A stretch of DNA of 64,000 nucleotides, from NCBI GenBank assembly GCA_963771465.1, contig CAVYTU010000014.1:416001-480000 (forward strand), read 5' to 3'. The position numbers were made by a program, and so were the translations under genes. The notes beneath the pieces were generated by a model that worked only from the letters and a program-made list of their open reading frames with translations, did no database searches and was not told the origin of the DNA. The DNA comes from an uncultured delta proteobacterium (lineage in GTDB: Bacteria > Desulfobacterota > Binatia > UBA9968). This document shows positions 56,258-64,000 of this stretch, piece after piece; positions within the stretch are counted from its first letter, which is position 1, and each line of letters starts with the position of its first letter.

Positions 56258-57985
56258 TTAAGCCTGGACTGCTTGGGTAATTAAATTCTGAATCGTTTTT
56301 GCCGCATCGGCGACGGCAATTTCATCGGTCTTGCCGTCGCGGCGCCAGCGTAACTCGACGCAACCTTTATCCAAACTCTTCGCGCCGATGGTCACGCGCA
56401 GAGGAATACCGACGAGATCGCCGTCTTTGAATTTCACACCCGGCCGCTCGTCACGGTCGTCGAGCAGCACATCGACGCCACGCCGCTGCAACTCTTGATA
56501 CAGCTTGTCCGCCGCGTCGCGCAACTTTTCCTCTTTGTAATTGATCGGCAGGACGAGCACTTGAAACGGCGCGATGGAGAACGGCCAGATGATGCCGTTG
56601 GCGTCGTGATTTTGTTCGATCGCAGCCGCCACCAAGCGGCTGATGCCGATACCGTAGCAGCCCATTTGGATGGGCTGCTCGCGCCCCTCGGTGTCGAGAA
56701 AAGTCGCGCCCATCTTCTCGCTGTACCTAGTGCCGAGATAAAATACCTGGCCGACTTCAATGCCACGGTGGCTTTCCAACTTACCTTTCTCACAGCGCGG
56801 ACAGGCATCGCCGTTCACGGCGAGGCGCAAATCGGCGAACGCCGACGGCGTGAAGTCGCGCTCTTGATCGATTTGGATATAGTGCGCGTTGGCTTCGTTG
56901 GCGCCGGTGACCGCGCTGCGCATGCCTTGCACGCTCAGATCGGCCACCACACGGAGCTTGAGTCCGATGGGTCCCAAATAGCCGGGTATTGCGTCCGTCG
57001 CCGCAGCAACTGACGTCTCGTCGGCGAGGGCCACCTCGCGGCAACCGAGAACGGTGCGGAGCTTGAGCTCGTTGACTTCGTGGTCACCGCGCACTAGCAC
57101 CGCGACCAGTTCGTCGCTATCGGTTTTGTAAACCAACGTCTTGATGAATTTATCCACGGTCAATTTCAAAAACTCGGCGACCGCGGCAACACTTTTCTTT
57201 CCAGGGGTCGCAACTTTTTCGAGTTTGGGCGACTCCTCGGAAATTTCCCGTCCCGCCGGGCGCTTGTTTTTTACTTCGGCCTTTTCGACATTGGCCGCGT
57301 AGTCGCAGCTATTGCAGCTAACGATCGCATCTTCACCCGACTCGGCGAGCACCTGAAACTCATGGGATTGACTGCCGCCGATGGCGCCGGTGTCGGCCTC
57401 GACGGGACGAAAGCTCAAACCCAATCGGCCGAAAATCCGCCGGTAGGTCTGATACATGTTGTCGTACTCGCGCCGGCAGTCGTCGATGTCGGTGTGAAAG
57501 CTGTAAGCATCCTTCATAATGAACTCACGCCCGCGCATCAGGCCAAAGCGCGGCCGCGGTTCGTCGCGAAACTTGGTTTGAATCTGATACAGGTTCATCG
57601 GCAGCTCGCGGTACGAGCGCACCGAGCGGCGCACCAGATCGGTGACGATCTCCTCATGGGTCGGCCCGAGACAGAAGTCGCGCTCGTTGCGATCTTTGAA
57701 GCGCATCAACTCTTTGCCGTAGTAGTCCCAGCGGCCGCTCTCCTGCCACAGCTCCGCTGGAGCAGATATCGGCATGAGCAATTCTTGCGCGCCAGCGCGG
57801 TTCATTTCCTCGCGCACGATGGTTTCGATTTTGCGGATGACTCTTAACGCCAGTGGAAAATAATCGTAAACGCCGCGGCTGATTTGGCGGATGAAGCCGG
57901 CGCGCACCAGCAGTTTATGGCTGACGACTTCGGCGTCCGCCGGCTCTTCTTTCAATGTCGGTATGAGAGTTTTGCTCCAACGCAT
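56258..57985 (-). CDS. proS: proline--tRNA ligase
   Basis: LGPTHEE, FRDEPRPRFGLMRGREF.MKDAYSF, editing insertion, MGCYGIG.SR, DDRDERPGVKF. Confidence 0.98.
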   Translation of the reverse strand: MRWSKTLIPTLKEEPADAEVVSHKLLVRAGFIRQISRGVYDYFPLALRVIRKIETIVREEMNRAGAQELLMPISAPAELWQESGRWDYYGKELMRFKDRNERDFCLGPTHEEIVTDLVRRSVRSYRELPMNLYQIQTKFRDEPRPRFGLMRGREFIMKDAYSFHTDIDDCRREYDNMYQTYRRIFGRLGLSFRPVEADTGAIGGSQSHEFQVLAESGEDAIVSCNSCDYAANVEKAEVKNKRPAGREISEESPKLEKVATPGKKSVAAVAEFLKLTVDKFIKTLVYKTDSDELVAVLVRGDHEVNELKLRTVLGCREVALADETSVAAATDAIPGYLGPIGLKLRVVADLSVQGMRSAVTGANEANAHYIQIDQERDFTPSAFADLRLAVNGDACPRCEKGKLESHRGIEVGQVFYLGTRYSEKMGATFLDTEGREQPIQMGCYGIGISRLVAAAIEQNHDANGIIWPFSIAPFQVLVLPINYKEEKLRDAADKLYQELQRRGVDVLLDDRDERPGVKFKDGDLVGIPLRVTIGAKSLDKGCVELRWRRDGKTDEIAVADAAKTIQNLITQAVQA

Positions 57986-58027
57986 GGGTAATTTGTTATC
58001 GAGAATAGGCAGAACGACGTGGAGGAA

Positions 58028-59125
58028 TCAGCCGTCCGCGGCGGCGCTCGGCTCGGTCGCTTTTTCGGCAGCGAATTTTTCCACTTCTTCCATCAGCGCG
58101 TCAACGATTTCCGCCTCCGGCACTTTGCGGATCACCTCGCCGCGCTTGAAGATCAGACCGATACCCTTACCGCCGGCGACGCCGAGATCGGCGGCGCGCG
58201 CTTCACCGGGACCGTTAACTTCGCAGCCCATCACCGCGACGTGAATGTTAAGATTACCGTAGGGCGCCATTCGTTCCTCGACCTTCTTAGCGAGACCGAC
58301 GAGATCGACATCGGCTCGGCCGCAGGACGGGCAAGCGACAAAGGTCATGCCTTCTTTGCGAATCTTCAGCGCCTTGAGAATTTCCAGACCGACGCGCACT
58401 TCTTCCACGGGGTCCGCCGCCAGTGAAACTCGGATGGTGTCGCCGATGCCTTCGGCCAAAAGCGTGCCCAGTCCGACCGCGGACTTGATCGTGCCGATGC
58501 CCGGCGTTCCGGCTTCCGTGACGCCGAGATGAAACGGATAATCGACTTTGTCGGCGAGCGCGCGATAGGCTTCGATCATCATCAAGGGATCGGATGCTTT
58601 GAGCGAAATCTTGATTTCCCGGTAGCCGACATCTTCAAGAATACGAATATGCCGCAGGCCGCTTTCGACCATGCCTTCGACCGTCGGGCCATTGAATTTT
58701 TGTAGCAGATCCTTTTCCAACGAACCGGCGTTGACGCCGATACGGATCGGAATCTTTCGCTCGGAAGCCGCTTTGACGACTTCTTCGACATATTTGCGCG
58801 CGCCGATGTTGCCCGGATTGAGGCGCAAACCGTCGACACCCTGGGCGATGGCGATGAGCGCCAGCTTGTAGTTGAAATGAATGTCGGCAACCAGCGGGAT
58901 CCGAATGCGCTTTTTGATCTCGCCCAACTGCTCCGCCGCTTCGCGTACCGGGACGGCGCAGCGCACAATCTCGCATCCGGCCGCTTCCAACGACCAGATC
59001 TGCTGCACGGTCGCACGCACGTCGCGGGTGTCGGTCTTAGTCATCGACTGCACCGTGATCGGCGCATCGCCGCCCACTGACACCTTGCCGAGTTGCAGCG
59101 GCCGGGATTTACGTCGTTGAATCAT
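58028..59125 (-). CDS. ispG: HMBPP synthase IspG (GcpE)
   Basis: VQSMT.T.T, PLVADIHF, RIGVNAGSL, HLGVTEAG, CPSCGR, MGC.VNGPGE. Confidence 0.97.
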   Translation of the reverse strand: MIQRRKSRPLQLGKVSVGGDAPITVQSMTKTDTRDVRATVQQIWSLEAAGCEIVRCAVPVREAAEQLGEIKKRIRIPLVADIHFNYKLALIAIAQGVDGLRLNPGNIGARKYVEEVVKAASERKIPIRIGVNAGSLEKDLLQKFNGPTVEGMVESGLRHIRILEDVGYREIKISLKASDPLMMIEAYRALADKVDYPFHLGVTEAGTPGIGTIKSAVGLGTLLAEGIGDTIRVSLAADPVEEVRVGLEILKALKIRKEGMTFVACPSCGRADVDLVGLAKKVEERMAPYGNLNIHVAVMGCEVNGPGEARAADLGVAGGKGIGLIFKRGEVIRKVPEAEIVDALMEEVEKFAAEKATEPSAAADG

Positions 59126-59264
59126 GCCTCAACTATAGAGAACCAACTAGACGGGGTCAATCAGCGAAAAGAGTCGCTGACCGCGCTCTTGTGACTGAAA
59201 TCGCAGCGACGAAGGAGCTTGCTCAGCGGTCTGACGCGGACCAAACCCGATGCCGGCTTGCGAA

Positions 59265-60134
59265 TCAGCCGTCTTTCTCCTCCGGCGCGCGCGCCGCAGC
59301 CGGCCGAGCGCCGCCGCGTTGCGGCCGCGCCGGCGCTGCATCCGACGCCATCGATTTGGCTTCGTCTTTTTTCCTGCGATCACCTTCGGGGATAATCAGC
59401 AGCCGGCGATAGGAACCTTGGCCGAGACTTCTCGTCGTCACCCAGGGGTCGTCTTGCAGCGCCGCATGGATGATTCGGCGGTCGGCCGCGCTGAGCGCGT
59501 CCACCGTGACGGTTTTTCTTTGCCGCTTGGCTTTTTCGCCGAGACGCAGTGCCATGTCTTCGAGAGATCTGCGCCGGCGCTCACGGTAGCTTTCAATGTC
59601 GATGATGATATGCGGCCCTTCGCTGCTCTGCCGTTCGCCGGCGATGCGGCCGATCAGATATTGCAACGCTTCCAGCGTTTGTCCCTTGCGGCCAATCAAA
59701 AGACCGCTATCCGCCGTTTTAATTTCGAGAATAATTTCCGCGCCACCGGCCGCCGCCTTTTGTTCCACTGTCGCTGCTACACCCATGAGCTGTAGGATCG
59801 CCGCCAAAGTCGTCTTGGCCTTGTCGACCATGGCGGCGATGTCGACGGAGATAGCCGCTGGTTCAGCGCCGGAGGCCATCTCTACCATCGGCGCCGGCGC
59901 CGCGGGCTTCGCAGGTATCGCAACTGCGGCGGGATTTGCCGGCCGGTCGATTTCAATGGCGGTTTTTCTCAGCGCAGCGTGCACCTTGGCTTTCTGCGCG
60001 CCGAAACCGAGAATGCCCTTGCGGCCTTCGCTGAGAATATCGACGGTAACTTTATCGCGCGTGACGCCCAGTAATTTCAGCGCGCTGTCGATGGCAGCAT
60101 CTATGGTGTCGCCTTCGGTTTCCACGAAATCCAT
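59265..60134 (-). CDS. jag: Jag/EloR/KhpB RNA-binding protein
   Basis: Jag_N (EGDTIDAAI...G.KGILGFG), KH (GLLIGRKGQTLEALQ), R3H (RRIIH); downstream of yidC. Confidence 0.92.
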   Translation of the reverse strand: MDFVETEGDTIDAAIDSALKLLGVTRDKVTVDILSEGRKGILGFGAQKAKVHAALRKTAIEIDRPANPAAVAIPAKPAAPAPMVEMASGAEPAAISVDIAAMVDKAKTTLAAILQLMGVAATVEQKAAAGGAEIILEIKTADSGLLIGRKGQTLEALQYLIGRIAGERQSSEGPHIIIDIESYRERRRRSLEDMALRLGEKAKRQRKTVTVDALSAADRRIIHAALQDDPWVTTRSLGQGSYRRLLIIPEGDRRKKDEAKSMASDAAPARPQRGGARPAAARAPEEKDG

Positions 60135-60158
60135 AAATCAGACCTTTCTCAATGACGC

Positions 60159-61784
60159 TTATCCGTGGTTGCGGTTGATCCAATACTGCTGGGCGATGCT
60201 GAGCACGTTGTTCACCAGCCAGTAAACCGTCAAACCGGCGGGAAACGACACAAACATGAAAGTGAACATCAGCGGCATGAGCATCATCATTTTGCGCTGA
60301 TTAGGATCGCCGGCAGACGGCGTCATCCACTGCTGCAAGAACATACTGCCGCCCATCAGGATCGTCAGGACTGGAACGCCAAGATGCCAATCGCCGAAGC
60401 TAAATGGCAGCGCCTGCCAGTCGGGCCGCGACAGATCGTTGATCCACATGAACGGCGCGTGGCGCAGCTCGATGGGCGTGCTAAGTGCATTGTAGAGTCC
60501 GATGAATACCGGAAATTGCAAGATCATCGGCAAACAGCCGCCGAGCGGATTGACGCCGTTGCGCTTGTAGAGCTCCATGATCTCGCGATTGAGCTTTTCC
60601 TTATCATCGCCGAATTTTTCTTTGAGCTTCTCCATCTGCGGCGCGAGCTTCGACATCGATTTCATCGACACCATGCTCTTATGCGTCAAGGGCGCCATCA
60701 GCAGTTTGATCAGCACCGTGAGAATAATAATATCGAGGCCGTAGCTCGACGTCAGGCGATGGAAAAAATGCAGCACATATAACAACGGCTTGGAGACGAA
60801 GCCGAAATAGCCGAAATCGATGGAACGCTCAATACCTTTGCCGACCGATTCCAAGAGATCGATCTGTTTCGGGCCGACAAAAAGCGTATAACGTCCGTTA
60901 CCCGCCGGGCCGGCCATGGCCGATATCAATGCCGCGCCAGCTTGGCGCACGGAAATCTTATGTTGCGCGCCGTTGTCAGGCAACAGAGCGATAAAAAAAT
61001 AGGTGTGACCGAAACCCGCCCACGACACATCGCCGCTAAACTCATGGCCTTTGATCGCATCGGCTGGCGTTTCGCGTTTGATCTTGTTGTCGACCAGCGC
61101 GATGAATCCTTCGAACGGCGCGTCGTGATCGGCTACCGCATGATCGCTCTTGTCGGTGAGTAAGATTTCCGCCGCTTGGACGCTGCCATCCGCGGCTTTT
61201 GCGTTAACCTCAACTGCGATGGAATAATTTGCCCCGGTAAACGTTAGCGCCTTGGTAATCACCGTACCGCTCGCAGTTTGGCCTTGGAAAACCAAGTTGC
61301 CTTTAGCGTCGCCGGTCAATTTCAGATCGCCGCCCTGGGCGGCATAATTGACCGTGCCGTCGTCAACTGGCGTGGCACCCAGCAATCGCACGCCTAAGGG
61401 TAACGGCACTCCAGGGGCGGCAGTTACGATTTCAAAGAGCGGGCTTGTCGGCTCCGCCGATGTGCGATATTTTTTGAACTTGAAACTCTTCAGTCGCGCA
61501 CCTTGGGTAGTAAAAACAGCCAGGTAGTTATCGGTCTCGACGGTGATCTCTTTGGCCGATTGACCAGAGGGAATCTCGACGGGCGCAGTTGCGGCTGGCG
61601 TCGTCGCTGGCGCCGGCGTGATTGTCGGAGCCGTGCCGTCTGCTGGGGCTTTCTCCCCATCGCTCTTCACATCGACCGGCGCCGGCACCGTCACGGGAGT
61701 GGGGTAATAGTAGTTGACCAACTGCTGGTAAACTACCAGGACGAGAATCGATAGAGCTATACCAATGAGTGCGCGTTTATCCAT
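60159..61784 (-). CDS. yidC: membrane protein insertase YidC
   Basis: GPK, IDFG, YG..II.LT, NPLGGCLPM..Q.PVF, PAGL.VYW. Confidence 0.96.
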   Translation of the reverse strand: MDKRALIGIALSILVLVVYQQLVNYYYPTPVTVPAPVDVKSDGEKAPADGTAPTITPAPATTPAATAPVEIPSGQSAKEITVETDNYLAVFTTQGARLKSFKFKKYRTSAEPTSPLFEIVTAAPGVPLPLGVRLLGATPVDDGTVNYAAQGGDLKLTGDAKGNLVFQGQTASGTVITKALTFTGANYSIAVEVNAKAADGSVQAAEILLTDKSDHAVADHDAPFEGFIALVDNKIKRETPADAIKGHEFSGDVSWAGFGHTYFFIALLPDNGAQHKISVRQAGAALISAMAGPAGNGRYTLFVGPKQIDLLESVGKGIERSIDFGYFGFVSKPLLYVLHFFHRLTSSYGLDIIILTVLIKLLMAPLTHKSMVSMKSMSKLAPQMEKLKEKFGDDKEKLNREIMELYKRNGVNPLGGCLPMILQFPVFIGLYNALSTPIELRHAPFMWINDLSRPDWQALPFSFGDWHLGVPVLTILMGGSMFLQQWMTPSAGDPNQRKMMMLMPLMFTFMFVSFPAGLTVYWLVNNVLSIAQQYWINRNHG

Positions 61785-61793
61785 GGATTGAAA

Positions 61794-62006
61794 TCACTTA
61801 ACCGGATCGTAGCCACCGGGATGGCCGGGGTGACAGCGGGCGATGCGAAATAGGCCAAAAAATATTCCTTTGAAGATGCCATGCTTTTGAATCGCTTGCT
61901 CTGTGTATGCTGAACAAGTGGGATCGAACCGGCAGGCAGCGGGCAGAAATGGCGACAGCACTTTACGATAACCGAACAAGAGCAAACTGAGCGCCGAGCG
62001 AATCAT
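61794..62006 (-). CDS. yidD: membrane protein insertion efficiency factor YidD (alternative GTG 62015)
   Basis: SP....CRF.PTCS.Y, RI.RCHP..PGGYDPV. Confidence 0.93.
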   Translation of the reverse strand: MIRSALSLLLFGYRKVLSPFLPAACRFDPTCSAYTEQAIQKHGIFKGIFFGLFRIARCHPGHPGGYDPVK

Positions 62007-62011
62007 GGGTA

Positions 62012-62377
62012 TCACGAATTGCGCTGACGGCGTTGCTTGGCTAGGGCTTGGTCGATTTCGCTCACGATCAACGCGTTGGCCAAAGTCGCGGCGCTGTTGC
62101 GCGCGATGATCAGCACATCGGTCGACTTCGGCCAATCTCCACGGTGGCGGCGGAAATACTCTCGCACCTGTCGTTTGATCCGATTGCGCACCACCGAGTT
62201 GCCGACTTTGCCGCTCACCGTGATTCCGATCCGGCTCTCAGCGCCGTCATGGGCTTGGCTGATCACAACGAAGTTGGCCGATTGAAACTTACTGCCGGTA
62301 CGCGACAGTTTTAAGAACTCTGGTCGTTTGCGCAGGCGGGCGGTCTTCGGAAACCGTTCGCTAGCTATGCGCGGCAT
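62012..62377 (-). CDS. rnpA: ribonuclease P protein component
   Basis: RLRKR.EF, RIGITVS.KVGNSVVRNRIKR..RE.FR. Confidence 0.95.
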   Translation of the reverse strand: MPRIASERFPKTARLRKRPEFLKLSRTGSKFQSANFVVISQAHDGAESRIGITVSGKVGNSVVRNRIKRQVREYFRRHRGDWPKSTDVLIIARNSAATLANALIVSEIDQALAKQRRQRNS

Positions 62378-62386
62378 CTGCGGCTA

Positions 62387-62548
62387 TTAGGTGCGTGCCC
62401 GTTTGGGCGGCACGGATACCGTAAGTTTTTTCCGCCCCTTGGCCCGGCGTCGCCTGAGCACATTGCGGCCGCCAGGGGTTTCCATGCGGGCGAGAAAACC
62501 ATGGGTGCGTTTTCTCTTTATGTTGCTCGGTTGATAGGTTCGTTTCAT
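62387..62548 (-). CDS. rpmH: 50S ribosomal protein L34 (not in the ORF track, 53 aa)
   Basis: Manual translation [53 protein letters not shown]; SD GAGGGAG. Confidence 0.97.
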   Translation of the reverse strand: MKRTYQPSNIKRKRTHGFLARMETPGGRNVLRRRRAKGRKKLTVSVPPKRART

Positions 62549-62634
62549 AGAAATAATACTCCCTCAGGCCGCCGTTACGGCCAAGTGGTTATTTGAATCA
62601 TACCGACGCCGTGAAGTCAATTTTGCCGGCAATT

Positions 62635-63642
62635 TTAGCCCGCTTCGGACTTTAAGGAACGCTGCATCAAGTCGCGCACCGCTTCAGCCGGCTGTTTGCC
62701 GGCATAAAGCACCCCATACATCTGCTCGACGATCGGCATCTCGACGCCGAGTTGCCCGGCCAGCGAATGAAGCGAGCGCGTATTGCGCACGCCCTCGGCG
62801 ATCGTCCTCGTCGCGCCGGAAATTTCCGCCAAGCTCTTGCCGCTGGCAATTTGCAGTCCGACGGTTCGATTGCGGCTTAAATCTCCGGCACAGGTGAGAA
62901 TCAAGTCGCCCAAACCCGGCAAGCCGGAAAGGGTCATCGAGTCAGCACCCATCCGCACGGCCAAGCGAGTCATCTCGGCGAGCCCACGAGTTATCAGCGC
63001 GGCGCGAGCGTTCTGGCCCAAGCCGAGGCCGTCGCTGATACCGGCGGCGATGGCAATCACGTTTTTCACCACGCCGCCGATCTGCACGCCGATGACATCG
63101 CTCGAGGTGTATACCCGCAAGCTCGGCGTGTTCAAAACATCTTGAACCAACGCCGCGACGGCTGGCGAATACGCAGCCACCGTCACCGCCGCGGGTAGCC
63201 CGTGCGCCACTTCGATCGCAAAGGTCGGCCCCGAAAGAAAAGCCTGGCGCTCTCGGTTAGCGGCGCCAAAAATGTCGGCGAACAGCTCGCCCATGGTTTT
63301 GAGCGTACCTTCTTCCAAACCCTTGGTACCACAAAGCATCAACGTATCCGGCGCAAGCTTGCTCTTAGCTTGAGCGAAAACTTCGCGCACCGCGTGGGAC
63401 GGTACGGCGCAGATAACTAGGAACTTGCCGGCAACCGCACTGGCTATCGCCTGCGTAACCGCGAGGTTTTCGGGAAGTTGAATGCCGGAAAGATAGGCTC
63501 GATTTTCGCGCCGGTCGGTGATGTCGCGATAGCTCGACGTCCCATGGCACCAAAGCATAACATCTTCGCCCTTTTCGGCGAGCACCTTGGCCAGTGCCGT
63601 ACCCCAACCGCCGGCGCCGACGACTCCAACCTGTCTAGCCAT
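62635..63642 (-). CDS. gpsA: NAD(P)H-dependent glycerol-3-phosphate dehydrogenase
   Basis: GAGGWGTALA, TKGLE, LSGPTFA.EV, KNVIAIAAG, GLGDL.LTC...SRN. Confidence 0.96.
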   Translation of the reverse strand: MARQVGVVGAGGWGTALAKVLAEKGEDVMLWCHGTSSYRDITDRRENRAYLSGIQLPENLAVTQAIASAVAGKFLVICAVPSHAVREVFAQAKSKLAPDTLMLCGTKGLEEGTLKTMGELFADIFGAANRERQAFLSGPTFAIEVAHGLPAAVTVAAYSPAVAALVQDVLNTPSLRVYTSSDVIGVQIGGVVKNVIAIAAGISDGLGLGQNARAALITRGLAEMTRLAVRMGADSMTLSGLPGLGDLILTCAGDLSRNRTVGLQIASGKSLAEISGATRTIAEGVRNTRSLHSLAGQLGVEMPIVEQMYGVLYAGKQPAEAVRDLMQRSLKSEAG

Positions 63643-63716
63643 GACGAACTAAAACTGCCGCATCGTTACTCGATCGAATCCGCATGTTTTTGAATTTTTA
63701 TTTCGCCTTTTTACCT

Positions 63717-64000
63717 TTATTGTTCGCCGCCGTTGCTGCCGTCATCTTCCTCTTCCTTTTCGACCACGCGGGCCAGCGAAACCACGCGCTCGCCTTCTTC
63801 AAGCTCGATCAGCCGCACGCCCTGAGTGTTGCGGCCGATGATGCGGATGTCTTTGATACGGAGACGAATAATTTTGCCGTTGGTCGTGACGAGCATCAGC
63901 TGATCGTCCTCGGTCACTTGCTGCACGCCGATGACGCGGCCGGTCTTATCCGTCGTCTTCATCGTGATGATGCCCTTGCCACCGCGGGACTGCAGCCGGT
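63717..64000 (-). CDS. gyrA: DNA gyrase subunit A C-terminal end (partial)
   Basis: RLQSRGGKGII.MK, GKIIR...I.IIGRNTQGVRLI, acidic tail. Confidence 0.9.
   Translation of the reverse strand, partial: RLQSRGGKGIITMKTTDKTGRVIGVQQVTEDDQLMLVTTNGKIIRLRIKDIRIIGRNTQGVRLIELEEGERVVSLARVVEKEEEDDGSNGGEQ

Noticed and set aside
57150-57158. DnaA box-like TTATCCACG
   Set aside because: A single mismatched copy inside proS; no cluster.

Overview
A gene-dense, roughly 55-60% GC (by eye) bacterial chromosomal window. The many orphan SsuA/NMT1-type solute-binding proteins, amidohydrolase/VOC/cupin genes and the ispG-proS order suggest a Deltaproteobacteria-like lineage such as Candidatus Binatia (inference). 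Left to right: ppiD end, histidine phosphatase, NCS2 permease, lipB-lipA, amidase plus TRAP operon divergent from glcD-glcF-glcE, DoxX, mltD-like gene, an accessory transport/catabolic block, a large bifunctional PBP, queE, a double-length UvrA, a PLP-decarboxylase operon, a DUF4331/TPR/Ni-Co-transporter operon divergent from an ECF sigma flanked by two anti-sigma genes, thiD, and the core run pyrF-proS-ispG-jag-yidC-yidD-rnpA-rpmH-gpsA-gyrA. I saw no rRNA, tRNA, CRISPR array, transposase or prophage. Best candidates for undescribed biology: (1) the 44.0-51.3 kb locus, with mirror-image ECF promoters (AA(A/T)CC-N17-CGTAGA on both strands), a leader peptide plus terminator, two anti-sigmas sharing one zinc-binding domain, and a secreted DUF4331 protein with a predicted ATCUN N-terminus; (2) about ten short degenerate 7-mer and 9-mer tandem micro-arrays, mostly with consistent strand polarity within each family, two of which form gene 3' ends. 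Five frameshifts and two in-frame stops, all in accessory genes, may be real decay or assembly error. All calls come from motif recognition by eye; no searches were run.
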